64,000 nucleotides of DNA from Candidatus Omnitrophota bacterium (GCA_015233335.1 JADFXX010000006.1:1237-65236); one strand, 5' to 3'; numbered from the stretch's first letter, positions 29,785-39,651 are shown. Program-made: numbers and translations. The notes: generated from the letters alone by a model not told the origin.

Positions 29785-30573
29785 TTATTTAGCAAGTTTT
29801 CCGGAGCGCTTTCTTGCGGCGCTCAAAGCAGCCTTCATTAACTTTTCAAACACATTATTTTTAAAGAACACCTTCATGGCCGCCTCTGTCGTGCCGCCCT
29901 TGGATGTGACTTTGGCGCGTAACTGGGCGGCGTCCAATGAGCCGGCCTTTAATAAATGGGCACTTCCAAGTAAAGTATTATAGACCAATAGCTTGGCTTG
30001 CTCTTTGTTAAAACCCAATTTTTCAGCCGCGGCGGTCCATTTTTCGACCAGTAAAAACACATACGCCGGCCCGCTGCCTGAAACGGCGGTCAAGGCATCC
30101 ATCTGGGCTTCCCTGACAACGACGGTCCGGCCGATCGTTCCTAAAATGGTCTCTGCTAGTTTTAAATCCGCCGGTTTGGCATAACGGCCTCCCGATATGC
30201 CGATCGTCCCCTCTCGGATCAACGCCGGTAAATTGGGCATGGCACGCACCACTTTTGTCTTGCCGCCCAAATGCTTCTCAAAATATCTTGTTGTCAGTCC
30301 CGCGGCAATCGAAATAAACAGTTTCTTTTCAGGCGCAGTGACTTGTTCTAAAAGGGGTGCCATATCCTGCGGTTTGACTGCCAGAATAAGCACGCCTGAG
30401 GATTCTACCACTTTCGTGTCCCCAACGACAATGTTGTGGTATTTTTCTTTCAAATATTTCACACGTGCGGGATTTGATTCACAAATATGCACATCATACT
30501 TGGGAGCAAGCCCCTTAATCAAAGCCTCCCCCATATTACCGCCGCCGATCAATCCGATTGTCTTCTTTGTCAT
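29785..30573 (-). CDS. proC: Pyrroline-5-carboxylate reductase
   Basis: 262 aa with Rossmann motif IGLIGGGNMGEAL and C-terminal SKGGTTEAA. Confidence 0.9.
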   Translation of the reverse strand: MTKKTIGLIGGGNMGEALIKGLAPKYDVHICESNPARVKYLKEKYHNIVVGDTKVVESSGVLILAVKPQDMAPLLEQVTAPEKKLFISIAAGLTTRYFEKHLGGKTKVVRAMPNLPALIREGTIGISGGRYAKPADLKLAETILGTIGRTVVVREAQMDALTAVSGSGPAYVFLLVEKWTAAAEKLGFNKEQAKLLVYNTLLGSAHLLKAGSLDAAQLRAKVTSKGGTTEAAMKVFFKNNVFEKLMKAALSAARKRSGKLAK

Positions 30574-30574
30574 A

Positions 30575-31273
30575 TTAGTCCTCTTTAAAAATGGCTCTCC
30601 CCAGACGCACCATGGTTGAGCCTTCTTCGATTGCGATCTGATAATCGCTCGTCATGCCCATCGATAAAATGCCCACATCGACCCCGGGATGCCCGGCAAA
30701 ACGCGACTGGATTTCCTCTTTGACCGCGCGCAGGTCTGAAAATGTTTTGCGGATCTTCCCCTCATCTTCGGTATAGGGGGCCATACACATAAGCCCCTTG
30801 ACCCTGACATGCCTAAGCCCCGAGATGCTCTCGATCAAAACACACGCTTCTTGCGGCGCGGCGCCGAATTTCTGTTCTTCCCGGGCGGTATTAAACTGCA
30901 CCAAAATTTCAACAGTGCCTCCTGTTTTAGCGGCTTGTTTCTCGATCTCCTGTGCCAGTTTCAGACTGTCCACCGATTGGATCAAAGAAGATACTTGAAT
31001 CGCATCTTTAGCTTTATTTGTCTGTAAATGACCGATCAAATGAGCTTTGATATGCGGATTCTGCTTTAAAAGCAAAGGAAATTTCATCTGGGCTTCCTGT
31101 ACACGGTTTTCCGCAATATGCCCAATGCCGGCATCAATGGCCTCCTGAATCATCTTAAGAGGCACATTCTTGGTCACCCCTACGACGGTTATGTCTTTGG
31201 CGACACGGCCGCCTTTACGGCATGCCGTTTCTATACCGGCTAAAACTGTTCTGATATTCTCTTTAATCATCAT
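30575..31273 (-). CDS. yggS: YggS-family pyridoxal-phosphate homeostasis protein
   Basis: VVGVTKNVP (PLP lysine) and a TIM-barrel alanine-racemase N-domain pattern. Likely start MMIKENI; the track ORF extends to 31333. Confidence 0.85.
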   Translation of the reverse strand: MMIKENIRTVLAGIETACRKGGRVAKDITVVGVTKNVPLKMIQEAIDAGIGHIAENRVQEAQMKFPLLLKQNPHIKAHLIGHLQTNKAKDAIQVSSLIQSVDSLKLAQEIEKQAAKTGGTVEILVQFNTAREEQKFGAAPQEACVLIESISGLRHVRVKGLMCMAPYTEDEGKIRKTFSDLRAVKEEIQSRFAGHPGVDVGILSMGMTSDYQIAIEEGSTMVRLGRAIFKED

Positions 31274-31329
31274 CAGCTCATCATCACTATTTAAATAATG
31301 GACAAGGGTAGCACAAATCTGCGGACAGG

Positions 31330-31704
31330 TCAACGAAGAGCTGGCGGGCCTACCACTTCAACGACTTTATCAATAAGGGCCTGCAGTTTAAGGGGCTTGA
31401 GAAGATAGGCCTTGACACCGTGGCGTACAAACAGGGGCTCTAACTCATTATAAGCGGTCAGAACGACGACCGGGATATTGACGTATTCGGGAATTTTGGA
31501 TTTCTCCATGATGAAGGTATACCCGTTCATCTTGGGCATTTGGACATCCAGAATGATCAAATCCGGTGTTTTAGTCTTCAGACACTCCAGGGCTTCGTTA
31601 CCGTCGAAGGCCGTCAGCACAGCATACCCCCGCTCTTCCAATTTACGTTTGGAAATTTCCACCACTACGGGTTCATCGTCAACAACTAAAATCGTTTTAG
31701 GCAT
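31330..31704 (-). CDS. Single-domain response regulator (CheY-like), paralog 1
   Basis: ILVVDDEP..., DLIILDVQMP and LLKP receiver motifs. About two-thirds identical to its neighbour. Confidence 0.85.
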   Translation of the reverse strand: MPKTILVVDDEPVVVEISKRKLEERGYAVLTAFDGNEALECLKTKTPDLIILDVQMPKMNGYTFIMEKSKIPEYVNIPVVVLTAYNELEPLFVRHGVKAYLLKPLKLQALIDKVVEVVGPPALR

Positions 31705-31713
31705 AGGAATATC

Positions 31714-32082
31714 TTAAGCCGCAGGCCCCACCACTTCAGAGACTTTATCAAGGAGTTCCTGCATATTAATAGGTTTAAGCAAATAGCCCTTGACGCGATG
31801 GCGTTTAAACAACGGCCCTGTTTCACTGGAGGCGGTCACCATCACGACAGGAATATTGACGTATTGAGGATTTTTATTCTTTTCTATGATAAAGGTGTAT
31901 CCGTTCATATCAGGCATATGAACATCCAAAATAATGAGGTCAGGGATTTGGGCCTTCAGGCATTCTAAAGCTTCATTGCCGTTGGAAGCCACAAGTACGC
32001 CATATCCGCGCTCCTCTAACTTGCGCTTGGAAAGTTCTGTCGCCAAACGGTCATCGTCAACCACTAAAATGGTCTTTAACAT
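31714..32082 (-). CDS. Single-domain response regulator (CheY-like), paralog 2
   Basis: ILVVDDD..., DLIILDVHMP and LLKP receiver motifs. Confidence 0.85.
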   Translation of the reverse strand: MLKTILVVDDDRLATELSKRKLEERGYGVLVASNGNEALECLKAQIPDLIILDVHMPDMNGYTFIIEKNKNPQYVNIPVVMVTASSETGPLFKRHRVKGYLLKPINMQELLDKVSEVVGPAA

Positions 32083-32086
32083 ATAA

Positions 32087-34885
32087 TTATTTTATACTAC
32101 CCGAGTCATCTACAAAAGGAATTTCTAAATTAAATATCTCGGCCGTGATAAACTCCAGGGCTTGCTTGTAAGCTCCCAGACGCTCTTGACTGTTTTTAGC
32201 CCCTGAGGGATCAAAAAACAGGTCCATACTTGTTGTCCTTAAATAGTAAAGAGCGCTGTTAACACAACACCCGGGAAATTGCCGGCATAAATAATCCGCG
32301 TACAAGGGCATCTGGAATGATTTAACATGCTCGCGGATATAGTCACGGTTTAATTTAAGCCCGGGAATCCCGGAAATGTCTTGGGGCATGCTCTCCACAG
32401 AGCCTGTTTTATAATCTAAAATTAAAATGGTTCCGTCAGTCAATTCATCAACACGGTCAACCCTGTAGGTCCAATGCACCTTTTGGCCTGCCAGTGTGAG
32501 GGTCTCTTCAAACTTCTTTTCTACCCAAAGCACCTTTTGGACCTGATCCCGGCAACGGGCGGCTTCAAAATTTAAAAACCTTTCTAGTCTTGTTTTTAAG
32601 ACCGTTTCCATCAAAAAAGCATCGCTGCGCCCTGCGCGGCCGAAGACAGCGGCAAACTTGCTTTCGTAAATTTTCTGGAAATATTTACGGAAAGTTTCAT
32701 CGAGCAATGGTTTTTTCCCGACAAACCCGCCAAACGCTTCCTCAAGCAGGTCATGAATGAACGTACCAATATGACGAGCCTCGGGATTGTCCAATAAATC
32801 ATCCTTGGGCCTCAATCCCAGAATATACTGGCAATAAAAAGCGTACGGATTTTTGAGATACGTGTTGATGCTGGTGGAAGAAAACCTGAAACTTTTAAGA
32901 TATTCCAGCATCGATGCTGTTTTGGGGATGCTTCGGCTTTTCTTTTCTACGGAAACATCAAAAGCTCCCCTGATGATCTCAAGGCCCCCTATCACACCCA
33001 AACGCTGTTCCTTCTCCCAGATGAGTTCTTCCAAAAACCGGCTTCGCACGCGGTCATTGTTCTGCTGATAGATCAGATGCACGTTTTGGGCCGCACTGAT
33101 TAAGCGCATGAAACCATAGCGCTGGATCTCTTCTTCCAGCTCAAGACGGTCAAGATCCAGTTTGATCATCACCTCCCGGGGTATCAAGGGCTCATAAATG
33201 TTTAAATTAGGCAACAGGCCTTCATTGACGTCCACTACGATCACATTCTTAAAATTCAAAGCACGGGTTTCAAAAAGCCCTAAAATCTGCACGCCCTTGA
33301 GCGGTGAGCCTGAAAACGCCACCATTTCGGCCGACAAACGCTCTTTTAAAACCCGGAACAATTCCCTGGGCTCGAAGACCTCCCGGGCAAAGCTGCAGGA
33401 TGCCAATTCATCAGCAATGTCCTTCATACGCAGGGCAATCTCGGCGTTAAACGGATATTGATCCATGGCGCTATTGCTTTGCATCAAATCGACAAACCCT
33501 CCCAAGGCCCGGGCCAAATCCTCCGGAGAACATATATTTTCAAAATCTTTAAAAAATACTTGATGGACCAAGTGCGCCTCTTTCTTGAGTTCACTTAAAG
33601 AAACGCTGACATCCATCGCCTGCAAGGTTTCAAGAACCAAACTTAAAAGCTTCTCATCCCGGATAATTTCGCCTAAATCCAAAAATATGCGGCCGGACAG
33701 GTCGCTCAATACCTCACCTTTGAGCACTTCTTCTATTTTTGAAACCAACACACGCGTAAGACCGGGTTTATCTGCGGCACTCAAATTCCTGACCAGAGCC
33801 TGCCCTAAGAGGCGCAAATAGTCCCTGGTATAATACAGCGAGCCCTTACGGTGATTCTGGGCTTCTATCACCAATGTCAAAAGCGTATATAAAGCGCTGC
33901 GTTTAAGCGGATACCCCATGGATATATTAAATTCCCCGAGCTCCTCTCCCAGCGCGGTCAAGAGCGTCAGAAGAAATTCACCGTCGGGCAAAACAATGAC
34001 CGTTGACTCAATATCCCCGATCCCCTGCAGGATCCGGTTGACCATGCCCGCCTGAAGGTGGCTGTCAAAAGCTTCATAGACCTTTAGCTCAAATTTACCG
34101 GGTTTAACCCGGGGACCTTCAAGAATCGGAGTCCCAAAAGTCTTGGCAATGCGCTCAAGTGCCGGCCAACGCCTCTGATCACCCTGCATGAACAGAACTG
34201 CTGAGGCCCGCCCATAAATATTCCTGATAACCGCATTTTCAGTCCGGTGAAGATAAAAGAAATTGCAAAATAAGATTTCATCGAAGGGACTTAAGTCACA
34301 GGCACTGACACGGCGTGAGGCCTCTAGGTATCTAAACCCGCGCGGGGCTAATTGCCGCTGTTGAAGATGCCGGTGATAGGCCCCCCGCAATACAAACAAA
34401 TTCATCAGAAGCTTATTGATATCTTCGGGTACGCTGTAACCTATTTGGGCGTGCTCTTTAATGCGGCTCAAGGATTCCGACGGCACATCCTCCAGATCCA
34501 ACTGCTCGATAAAATGAAGGATCTCCCGGGCCCATGGTAAAAACTGGGCGAAAGTCTCGCGATTGTGACAAACCCAAGGGCATAGTTCACGCGCTAACCG
34601 ATAAATGGTATAGCAGTGGTCCAGTTCACTGCCCGCTGAAAACGGCTTTAGGCCATACGCCACATAAGCCATCCAGTCATCGATGGTAAAAAACTTGGGC
34701 GGCACAAATGCACGGCCGATGCGGCGCGCCAATTCCTTCTTGATAAACAGCTGGGGACGCCGACCGCCGAAAACAAGACATAGTCGGGAGAGATCCCCGC
34801 CCTTCTCACTATAATAACGATAGATATAGTCCACTACATGAGGGAGAAACTCTTCGGTAAATGGAACTGTAATAATCTTGCTCAT
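32087..34885 (-). CDS. AddB-like PD-(D/E)xK nuclease subunit (no Walker A)
   Basis: 932 aa. C-terminal RVDRVDEL...ILILDYKTGS nuclease motif. Cysteines (FYCQY...LCRQFPGCC) are compatible with an Fe-S staple. Follows the UvrD-like subunit. Confidence 0.7.
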   Translation of the reverse strand: MSKIITVPFTEEFLPHVVDYIYRYYSEKGGDLSRLCLVFGGRRPQLFIKKELARRIGRAFVPPKFFTIDDWMAYVAYGLKPFSAGSELDHCYTIYRLARELCPWVCHNRETFAQFLPWAREILHFIEQLDLEDVPSESLSRIKEHAQIGYSVPEDINKLLMNLFVLRGAYHRHLQQRQLAPRGFRYLEASRRVSACDLSPFDEILFCNFFYLHRTENAVIRNIYGRASAVLFMQGDQRRWPALERIAKTFGTPILEGPRVKPGKFELKVYEAFDSHLQAGMVNRILQGIGDIESTVIVLPDGEFLLTLLTALGEELGEFNISMGYPLKRSALYTLLTLVIEAQNHRKGSLYYTRDYLRLLGQALVRNLSAADKPGLTRVLVSKIEEVLKGEVLSDLSGRIFLDLGEIIRDEKLLSLVLETLQAMDVSVSLSELKKEAHLVHQVFFKDFENICSPEDLARALGGFVDLMQSNSAMDQYPFNAEIALRMKDIADELASCSFAREVFEPRELFRVLKERLSAEMVAFSGSPLKGVQILGLFETRALNFKNVIVVDVNEGLLPNLNIYEPLIPREVMIKLDLDRLELEEEIQRYGFMRLISAAQNVHLIYQQNNDRVRSRFLEELIWEKEQRLGVIGGLEIIRGAFDVSVEKKSRSIPKTASMLEYLKSFRFSSTSINTYLKNPYAFYCQYILGLRPKDDLLDNPEARHIGTFIHDLLEEAFGGFVGKKPLLDETFRKYFQKIYESKFAAVFGRAGRSDAFLMETVLKTRLERFLNFEAARCRDQVQKVLWVEKKFEETLTLAGQKVHWTYRVDRVDELTDGTILILDYKTGSVESMPQDISGIPGLKLNRDYIREHVKSFQMPLYADYLCRQFPGCCVNSALYYLRTTSMDLFFDPSGAKNSQERLGAYKQALEFITAEIFNLEIPFVDDSGSIK

Positions 34886-34898
34886 AGCCCTGTGCCCT

Positions 34899-35044
34899 GC
34901 AGGTCCTGTCTCGGACTTGCCATTAAGGTACTCCTAATTGAACCGCGTTTGTTAAAGCCCTACAGAACGGTGGTTTCCCATAACAAGCCCCTTGGGCAGT
35001 CACCGTCCGCCCCTTAATGGCAAAACTCCAAGCCACCCGCCGCA
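34899..35044. repeat. Family A structured intergenic element, copy 2 (divergent subtype)
   Basis: Begins caggtcctgtctcgg. Helix cttgccattaagg / ccttaatggcaa. AAGGTACTCCT junction. Ends gccacccgcc. About 13 nt upstream of the addB-like start. Confidence 0.75.
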
Positions 35045-35093
35045 ATGTACAAAGAAAAGTAGTGCCTGTCCCTACTTTTTAAGCGTTTCCTTG

Positions 35094-35334
35094 CGTGCAT
35101 TGCAAGTGATAAATTTGTTATTATGAGCGACCTGTCATTTTTTAGTCAAAAGGTCTTTATTTTTTCGGGAATCCCTCGACTTTTTTGTCGAGGGATGGCT
35201 GAACTTGTTTGTGCCTTAAAGTTCCAGAGAACTTTAAGGCGAGTTGTTCAGCCACCGAAAAAAAAAGAGCTTTTGACGTTAAAAAAATGACCGCGAGCGA
35301 ATAATAACAAATTTATCACTTGCAATGCATGCGC
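35094..35334. repeat. Family B nested-hairpin element, copy 2
   Basis: Outer stem gcattgcaagtgataaatttgttattatgagcg / cgcgagcgaataataacaaatttatcacttgcaatgc. The conserved core (gtcattttt..., ggaatccc..., ctgaacttg..., cgagttgttcag..., ttttgacgttaaaaaaatgacc) is shared with copy 1. Confidence 0.8.
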
Positions 35335-35339
35335 GCCGC

Positions 35340-38300
35340 TCATTGATCTTGTAAATATAAAACATGCCCCGAAATTTTATACTTCGGGTAAAATTGTCGG
35401 ACTAATTCGATATAGCCTTCCATCTGCTTTTGATGTTCGCCGGAAGCGGCGCCGGACAATTTATAGTCTACGATCCAGACTTCGTCCTTGAGCACGATCA
35501 GGCGGTCTATGCGCTTGGTGTCTCCGCATGCATTCACAAATTCTTTTTCGCATAAAACCTCTGCATCAGCCGGAAGATAAAAGAACCGTCGCACGTCCTG
35601 ACGGTTAATAAAAGAAAGGATCTGCGCAATAGCGCTCTCCCCTTCCTTATCTTCCCCACAAGGACGAGGGATTAGCTGACAGGAGCAATTCCATGCTTCT
35701 TTGATTGCGGCCTCGGCATTGCTGTCGCTCAAAGACCTGATGAACATCAAGACCGCATGATAAAATTCCCCCTTGCGCGCCCGGTCCGCGGATCTCGCAG
35801 GACGGTCCAAAAATTCTTCCCGTAATCCCTTCCACCCAGAAAATTTGAAAGGTTTGATCTTCCAGCGAGTTTCTTGGGGGACATGAGACGCCAGACGTTG
35901 GCGGGGCGTGCCTGTGCCCAGACATTCCTCCGGTATCAAAAACCGCGCTGGATTAACGCTGTTGCCTACTTTAGAAGGCACAAAAATATAAAGCTCCTCG
36001 ATGGCACGCGTTAACGCCACATAAGCGGTATTCAATTCAATCAAAAAAGCTTTTTTATATTCCTGCTCATACCTGTCCTGCAGTTGAGGACAAAACTGCC
36101 GGTAGCTTTCCTTAAGCCTTAAAAGCCCCATACCCTCTTGTTTAATATCCAGAATATAGGCCTGACTGCCATCGCGTCCGCCGCTTGAAGCTTTAATATC
36201 CATCTCGAAATACGGCACGATCACCACCGGGAATTCCAGCCCCTTTGCTTTATGCACCGTTAACACCCTGAGGGCATCCACATCCGCCATCGGGACGAAA
36301 CGCTCTTCTCCCTCAAGCTTCTCATAATAATCCAGAAAATAAGACAGGTCACAGCTTTGAGATTCCTGCCTTTTGACCAACTCCAAAAAATGCATGAAGA
36401 ATCCCAGAGAACCGGGGAAATGTTTTTCTAACCCCAAGCGCCCAATGATTGCGGCTGTTAGCTCGTATAGAGGATAAATCCCTGCCTGCCCTAGAGATTC
36501 TTCAAAGAACGACTCCCATGCCGCCGGAAATATATCACGGAAATGTTTGTAAAAACATACGGCTTTGTTTTGCTTGGAAAGCAGAGCACAGTCAAAAAGA
36601 AAATCGCGCAAGACTTCGGGGGCGAGACCCGTGGCTTTGGGTAGAAGCTCTCCTAAACAAAACTGCGCAAAAGCATTATTGTCCGTGGGAGAAGCTAAAA
36701 AAGTCAACAGGTCTATCAGCTCAGCGATCAGCGGATTATTCTTAATATCGCTCGTCCGCTCGGACTGGGCCCAAAGCCCTTCTTGCAAAAGCCATTGGGT
36801 GATCTCTTCGACTTCCTCATTGCCGCGGGTCAAGACTGCGATGTCTTTTAGAGAAAAACGCCTGCGCAAATCCGCCACTAGAGCTGTCAGCTGTCCACGA
36901 AGCTCCAAGGCCCTTTCCTGTTTAACACGTCCCTGCAGATGAACCACCCTCACCACCCCGCCGGCTAAATCCTTGCCCGGCAATTGTTGGGCGTTGGCAA
37001 AGGTATCGGCAATTGACGCAAATTCACTTTCTGAAAAATGAATATCCTTATGACGTTTGCTGCCTTTAGAATCTTGCAGACGCCGATCTAAAAAGCCGCG
37101 TAAATTGTCCAAACTAAACACGCGGTTATTAAACCTGATGATCTGTTCATAACTTCGGTAGTTGTGGTCAAGGCTCCTGACTTTGACATTAAAATGCGCC
37201 AGCTGGCTCTGTAAGGCATCGAATAAACGGCTCTCCCCGCCGCGAAAGGCATAGATCGCCTGCTTCTTGTCCCCCACATAAAAAAGAGAACCGCCATGGG
37301 CCAACGCTTCCTCAACCATTGTTGATAGATTGCGCCACTGGGAAAGTGAAGTATCTTGAAACTCATCTATCAAATAATGTTCGAAGCGTGCGGCCAGACG
37401 GAAATACAACTCCTCAACCGTGACCAACCCGTCCTCAAAAAGAGAAGCGGCGCGACGGTTAAGCTCTTCTAAGAACAGCACATCATCCCTTTGGGACAGC
37501 CGTCCAAAACAGGATAAGAGCCGGCCGAATAAAACAACATACGGGTCAAACATGCTTTGCGCTTCCCAAAGACAAAGATCATGGATTTCCCCCCGAAGTT
37601 TTAGCCACAACTTCTCAAGCGAGGGGGAAATCGTCCCCCCTTTATTCATAGGAAAATCCTCTTTAGCCCAACAGGCGTTAAGTTGATCCACATCAAAAAC
37701 ACCTTTTTGACAATCCACCAGCTCCTCTAAATGATCAAGGAGATTTTTTTTAGTCTCTGGGGGACAAATGTTCTTTAACTCCTGCATGAGAGCGTAAATT
37801 CTTTTCTTACGCGATAAAGAGTCCTCATCCGACGGGGATACTAAAAAGGCCTTCTGGTAAGTGTTGTATTGCCTGAATAATTCACTGATGACTAAAAGAA
37901 GGTCCTCCTTGGGAAACCACCCCCAACGGTTTTCCAGAAATAAATACTGGCGCACAAAATCCTCGAAAGCCCGGCGCAGGGATATATCATGGTCCGCTTC
38001 TTCTAAAAGCTCATCAAGGCTTAGCTGCAGGTATTCCTTGGAGTTGCGCTGGATCTTAAAGCGGGCTGAAAGCCCTATCTTGAATGAACAGCCGGATAAT
38101 AATACATTAATAAAACTATCAATGGTCTGGACCCCAAAATAATGATACTGACGGATCACATCATTCATCACAGCAAAAGCCAGAGGACTTGCAGCGGCAG
38201 AATCCAATCCCAAGGGCTCAAGGATGTCCCGGACTTCAAAAAGTTTTAATTGTTGAAGGGCAATGCGTTTGAGGAAATCCAAAATCCGGGATTTCATGGC

Positions 38301-38507
38301 CCAGGCGGCCTTATTCGTAAAAGTAATGGCCAAAATAGACTGTATGGCCGTCATTCTAAGCCCCAAGGCAGAAAAATCCCGGGATTGCCGGGCGGCTAAA
38401 TAAAGGCTTAGCTGTACATATCGGCGGGCCAGCTCATAGGTCTTGCCGCTGCCGGCGGACGCCTCAACGACAAGCACTTGCGGACTTTCTAAAAAACTAC
38501 TTTTCAT
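35340..38507 (-). CDS. UvrD/AddA-like helicase-nuclease subunit
   Basis: Walker A EASAGSGKTYEL, UvrD helicase motifs and a C-terminal PD-(D/E)xK (IDRLIVLKDEVWIVDYK). Likely start MKSSFLESPQ at 38507; the track ORF extends to 38609. Confidence 0.8.
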   Translation of the reverse strand: MKSSFLESPQVLVVEASAGSGKTYELARRYVQLSLYLAARQSRDFSALGLRMTAIQSILAITFTNKAAWAMKSRILDFLKRIALQQLKLFEVRDILEPLGLDSAAASPLAFAVMNDVIRQYHYFGVQTIDSFINVLLSGCSFKIGLSARFKIQRNSKEYLQLSLDELLEEADHDISLRRAFEDFVRQYLFLENRWGWFPKEDLLLVISELFRQYNTYQKAFLVSPSDEDSLSRKKRIYALMQELKNICPPETKKNLLDHLEELVDCQKGVFDVDQLNACWAKEDFPMNKGGTISPSLEKLWLKLRGEIHDLCLWEAQSMFDPYVVLFGRLLSCFGRLSQRDDVLFLEELNRRAASLFEDGLVTVEELYFRLAARFEHYLIDEFQDTSLSQWRNLSTMVEEALAHGGSLFYVGDKKQAIYAFRGGESRLFDALQSQLAHFNVKVRSLDHNYRSYEQIIRFNNRVFSLDNLRGFLDRRLQDSKGSKRHKDIHFSESEFASIADTFANAQQLPGKDLAGGVVRVVHLQGRVKQERALELRGQLTALVADLRRRFSLKDIAVLTRGNEEVEEITQWLLQEGLWAQSERTSDIKNNPLIAELIDLLTFLASPTDNNAFAQFCLGELLPKATGLAPEVLRDFLFDCALLSKQNKAVCFYKHFRDIFPAAWESFFEESLGQAGIYPLYELTAAIIGRLGLEKHFPGSLGFFMHFLELVKRQESQSCDLSYFLDYYEKLEGEERFVPMADVDALRVLTVHKAKGLEFPVVIVPYFEMDIKASSGGRDGSQAYILDIKQEGMGLLRLKESYRQFCPQLQDRYEQEYKKAFLIELNTAYVALTRAIEELYIFVPSKVGNSVNPARFLIPEECLGTGTPRQRLASHVPQETRWKIKPFKFSGWKGLREEFLDRPARSADRARKGEFYHAVLMFIRSLSDSNAEAAIKEAWNCSCQLIPRPCGEDKEGESAIAQILSFINRQDVRRFFYLPADAEVLCEKEFVNACGDTKRIDRLIVLKDEVWIVDYKLSGAASGEHQKQMEGYIELVRQFYPKYKISGHVLYLQDQ

Positions 38508-39210
38508 CGATGGAGAGCCAAATAGAATCTTCCAGAATTTCGCGGATGACGGCAATGGACGCTTCCAGTGATCTCTGTCCGGGCTTGAGACCCCAATCAA
38601 GGGTGTCACGGCCGTAAGAATCCAGCTTATCTAAGAGCTTCTGACGCTGCTGGGCGGTCACGGCCAAACGATGACCGCGGCCATTGACATTTTTATCGCT
38701 GATCAAGACCTTGGTCATTAATACAGTGGCCTGAACGATATCTCTGTTGATGTCTTTGCGTTTTAAGGCCAAGACACGCTGGGCCTTGACGAATTCAATT
38801 TCTTTGGGCCTTGTCGCCTGACCTGCGGTATTGAGCTCATTCCATTTTTCCCACAGGACTTTTTCCTGATCATTGACATCAATTTCACGAACGCAGTCTT
38901 TGACGACCATATTGGCGACCCTGCGTATCAGAGCATTGGGTGAAGCAAGGTACTTGACTAGATAATTCTTGATAATGCGAAGATCAGTGTTATCAAGCGC
39001 TAAGTCATTGATGCTGGCCTTGATCAGTTTGACCTTTTTGTTCCAACGGTCATCAATGTCTTTCAAATAGCTCAATGCCGTAATATAACTGCGGGCAAAC
39101 TCGTATTTTTTGATATCCGGGTTGTTTTTGCGAAATTCGTCAACGGCGAAGGCCGGATGAAAGCTCATGAAGCCATAAACGGCAAGCAATAACAGCAGGC
39201 GTCGGAACAT
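38497..39210 (-). CDS. Hypothetical secreted protein
   Basis: 237 aa with signal peptide MFRRLLLLLAVYGFMSFHPAFA. Helical composition and no recognised motif. Confidence 0.5.
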   Translation of the reverse strand: MFRRLLLLLAVYGFMSFHPAFAVDEFRKNNPDIKKYEFARSYITALSYLKDIDDRWNKKVKLIKASINDLALDNTDLRIIKNYLVKYLASPNALIRRVANMVVKDCVREIDVNDQEKVLWEKWNELNTAGQATRPKEIEFVKAQRVLALKRKDINRDIVQATVLMTKVLISDKNVNGRGHRLAVTAQQRQKLLDKLDSYGRDTLDWGLKPGQRSLEASIAVIREILEDSIWLSIDEK

Positions 39211-39227
39211 AACAAAAATCCTACTAA

Positions 39228-39277
39228 GATCCTTCGCCTTCAGGCTCAGGATGCCCCCGACATTACGTCGGGGTCAT
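39228..39277. repeat. Short stop-codon-adjacent repeat (homolog of 13091-13143)
   Basis: agatccttcgccttcaggctcaggatgcc followed by hairpin ccccgacattacgtcgggg, directly abutting the stop codon of the response-regulator gene. Confidence 0.65.
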
Positions 39278-39651
39278 TTAAACGCGTTTTGAATTTTTTC
39301 CAGAAGGATCTTGCGGTCAATAGGTTTTTGCATATAATCGATCCCCATCAGCGAACCGATCCTCTCATCTAATTCCCGGTCACGGGATGTCAAGACAATG
39401 ATGGGGATATGCTTATACTTCTGGTCAAATTTAAGATTGCTGCAGACATCATATCCATTGACCTCCGGCATCATAATATCAAGGACGATCAGATCAGGAA
39501 CGTTTTTTTTCACCTGGACCATGCAGTCAAGGCCGTCATAAGCCGTCAGCACCGAATACCCCTGGGCGCCCAGCACCCCTTCAAGCATGGTCGTGACCGC
39601 CCGGTCATCATCTACGACTAGAATTTTCTTTGGATTGTTTAATTCCGCCAT
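39274..39651 (-). CDS. Single-domain response regulator
   Basis: Likely start MAELNNPKKILVVDDD. DLIVLDIMMP and YMQKP receiver motifs. Confidence 0.8.
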   Translation of the reverse strand: MAELNNPKKILVVDDDRAVTTMLEGVLGAQGYSVLTAYDGLDCMVQVKKNVPDLIVLDIMMPEVNGYDVCSNLKFDQKYKHIPIIVLTSRDRELDERIGSLMGIDYMQKPIDRKILLEKIQNAFK

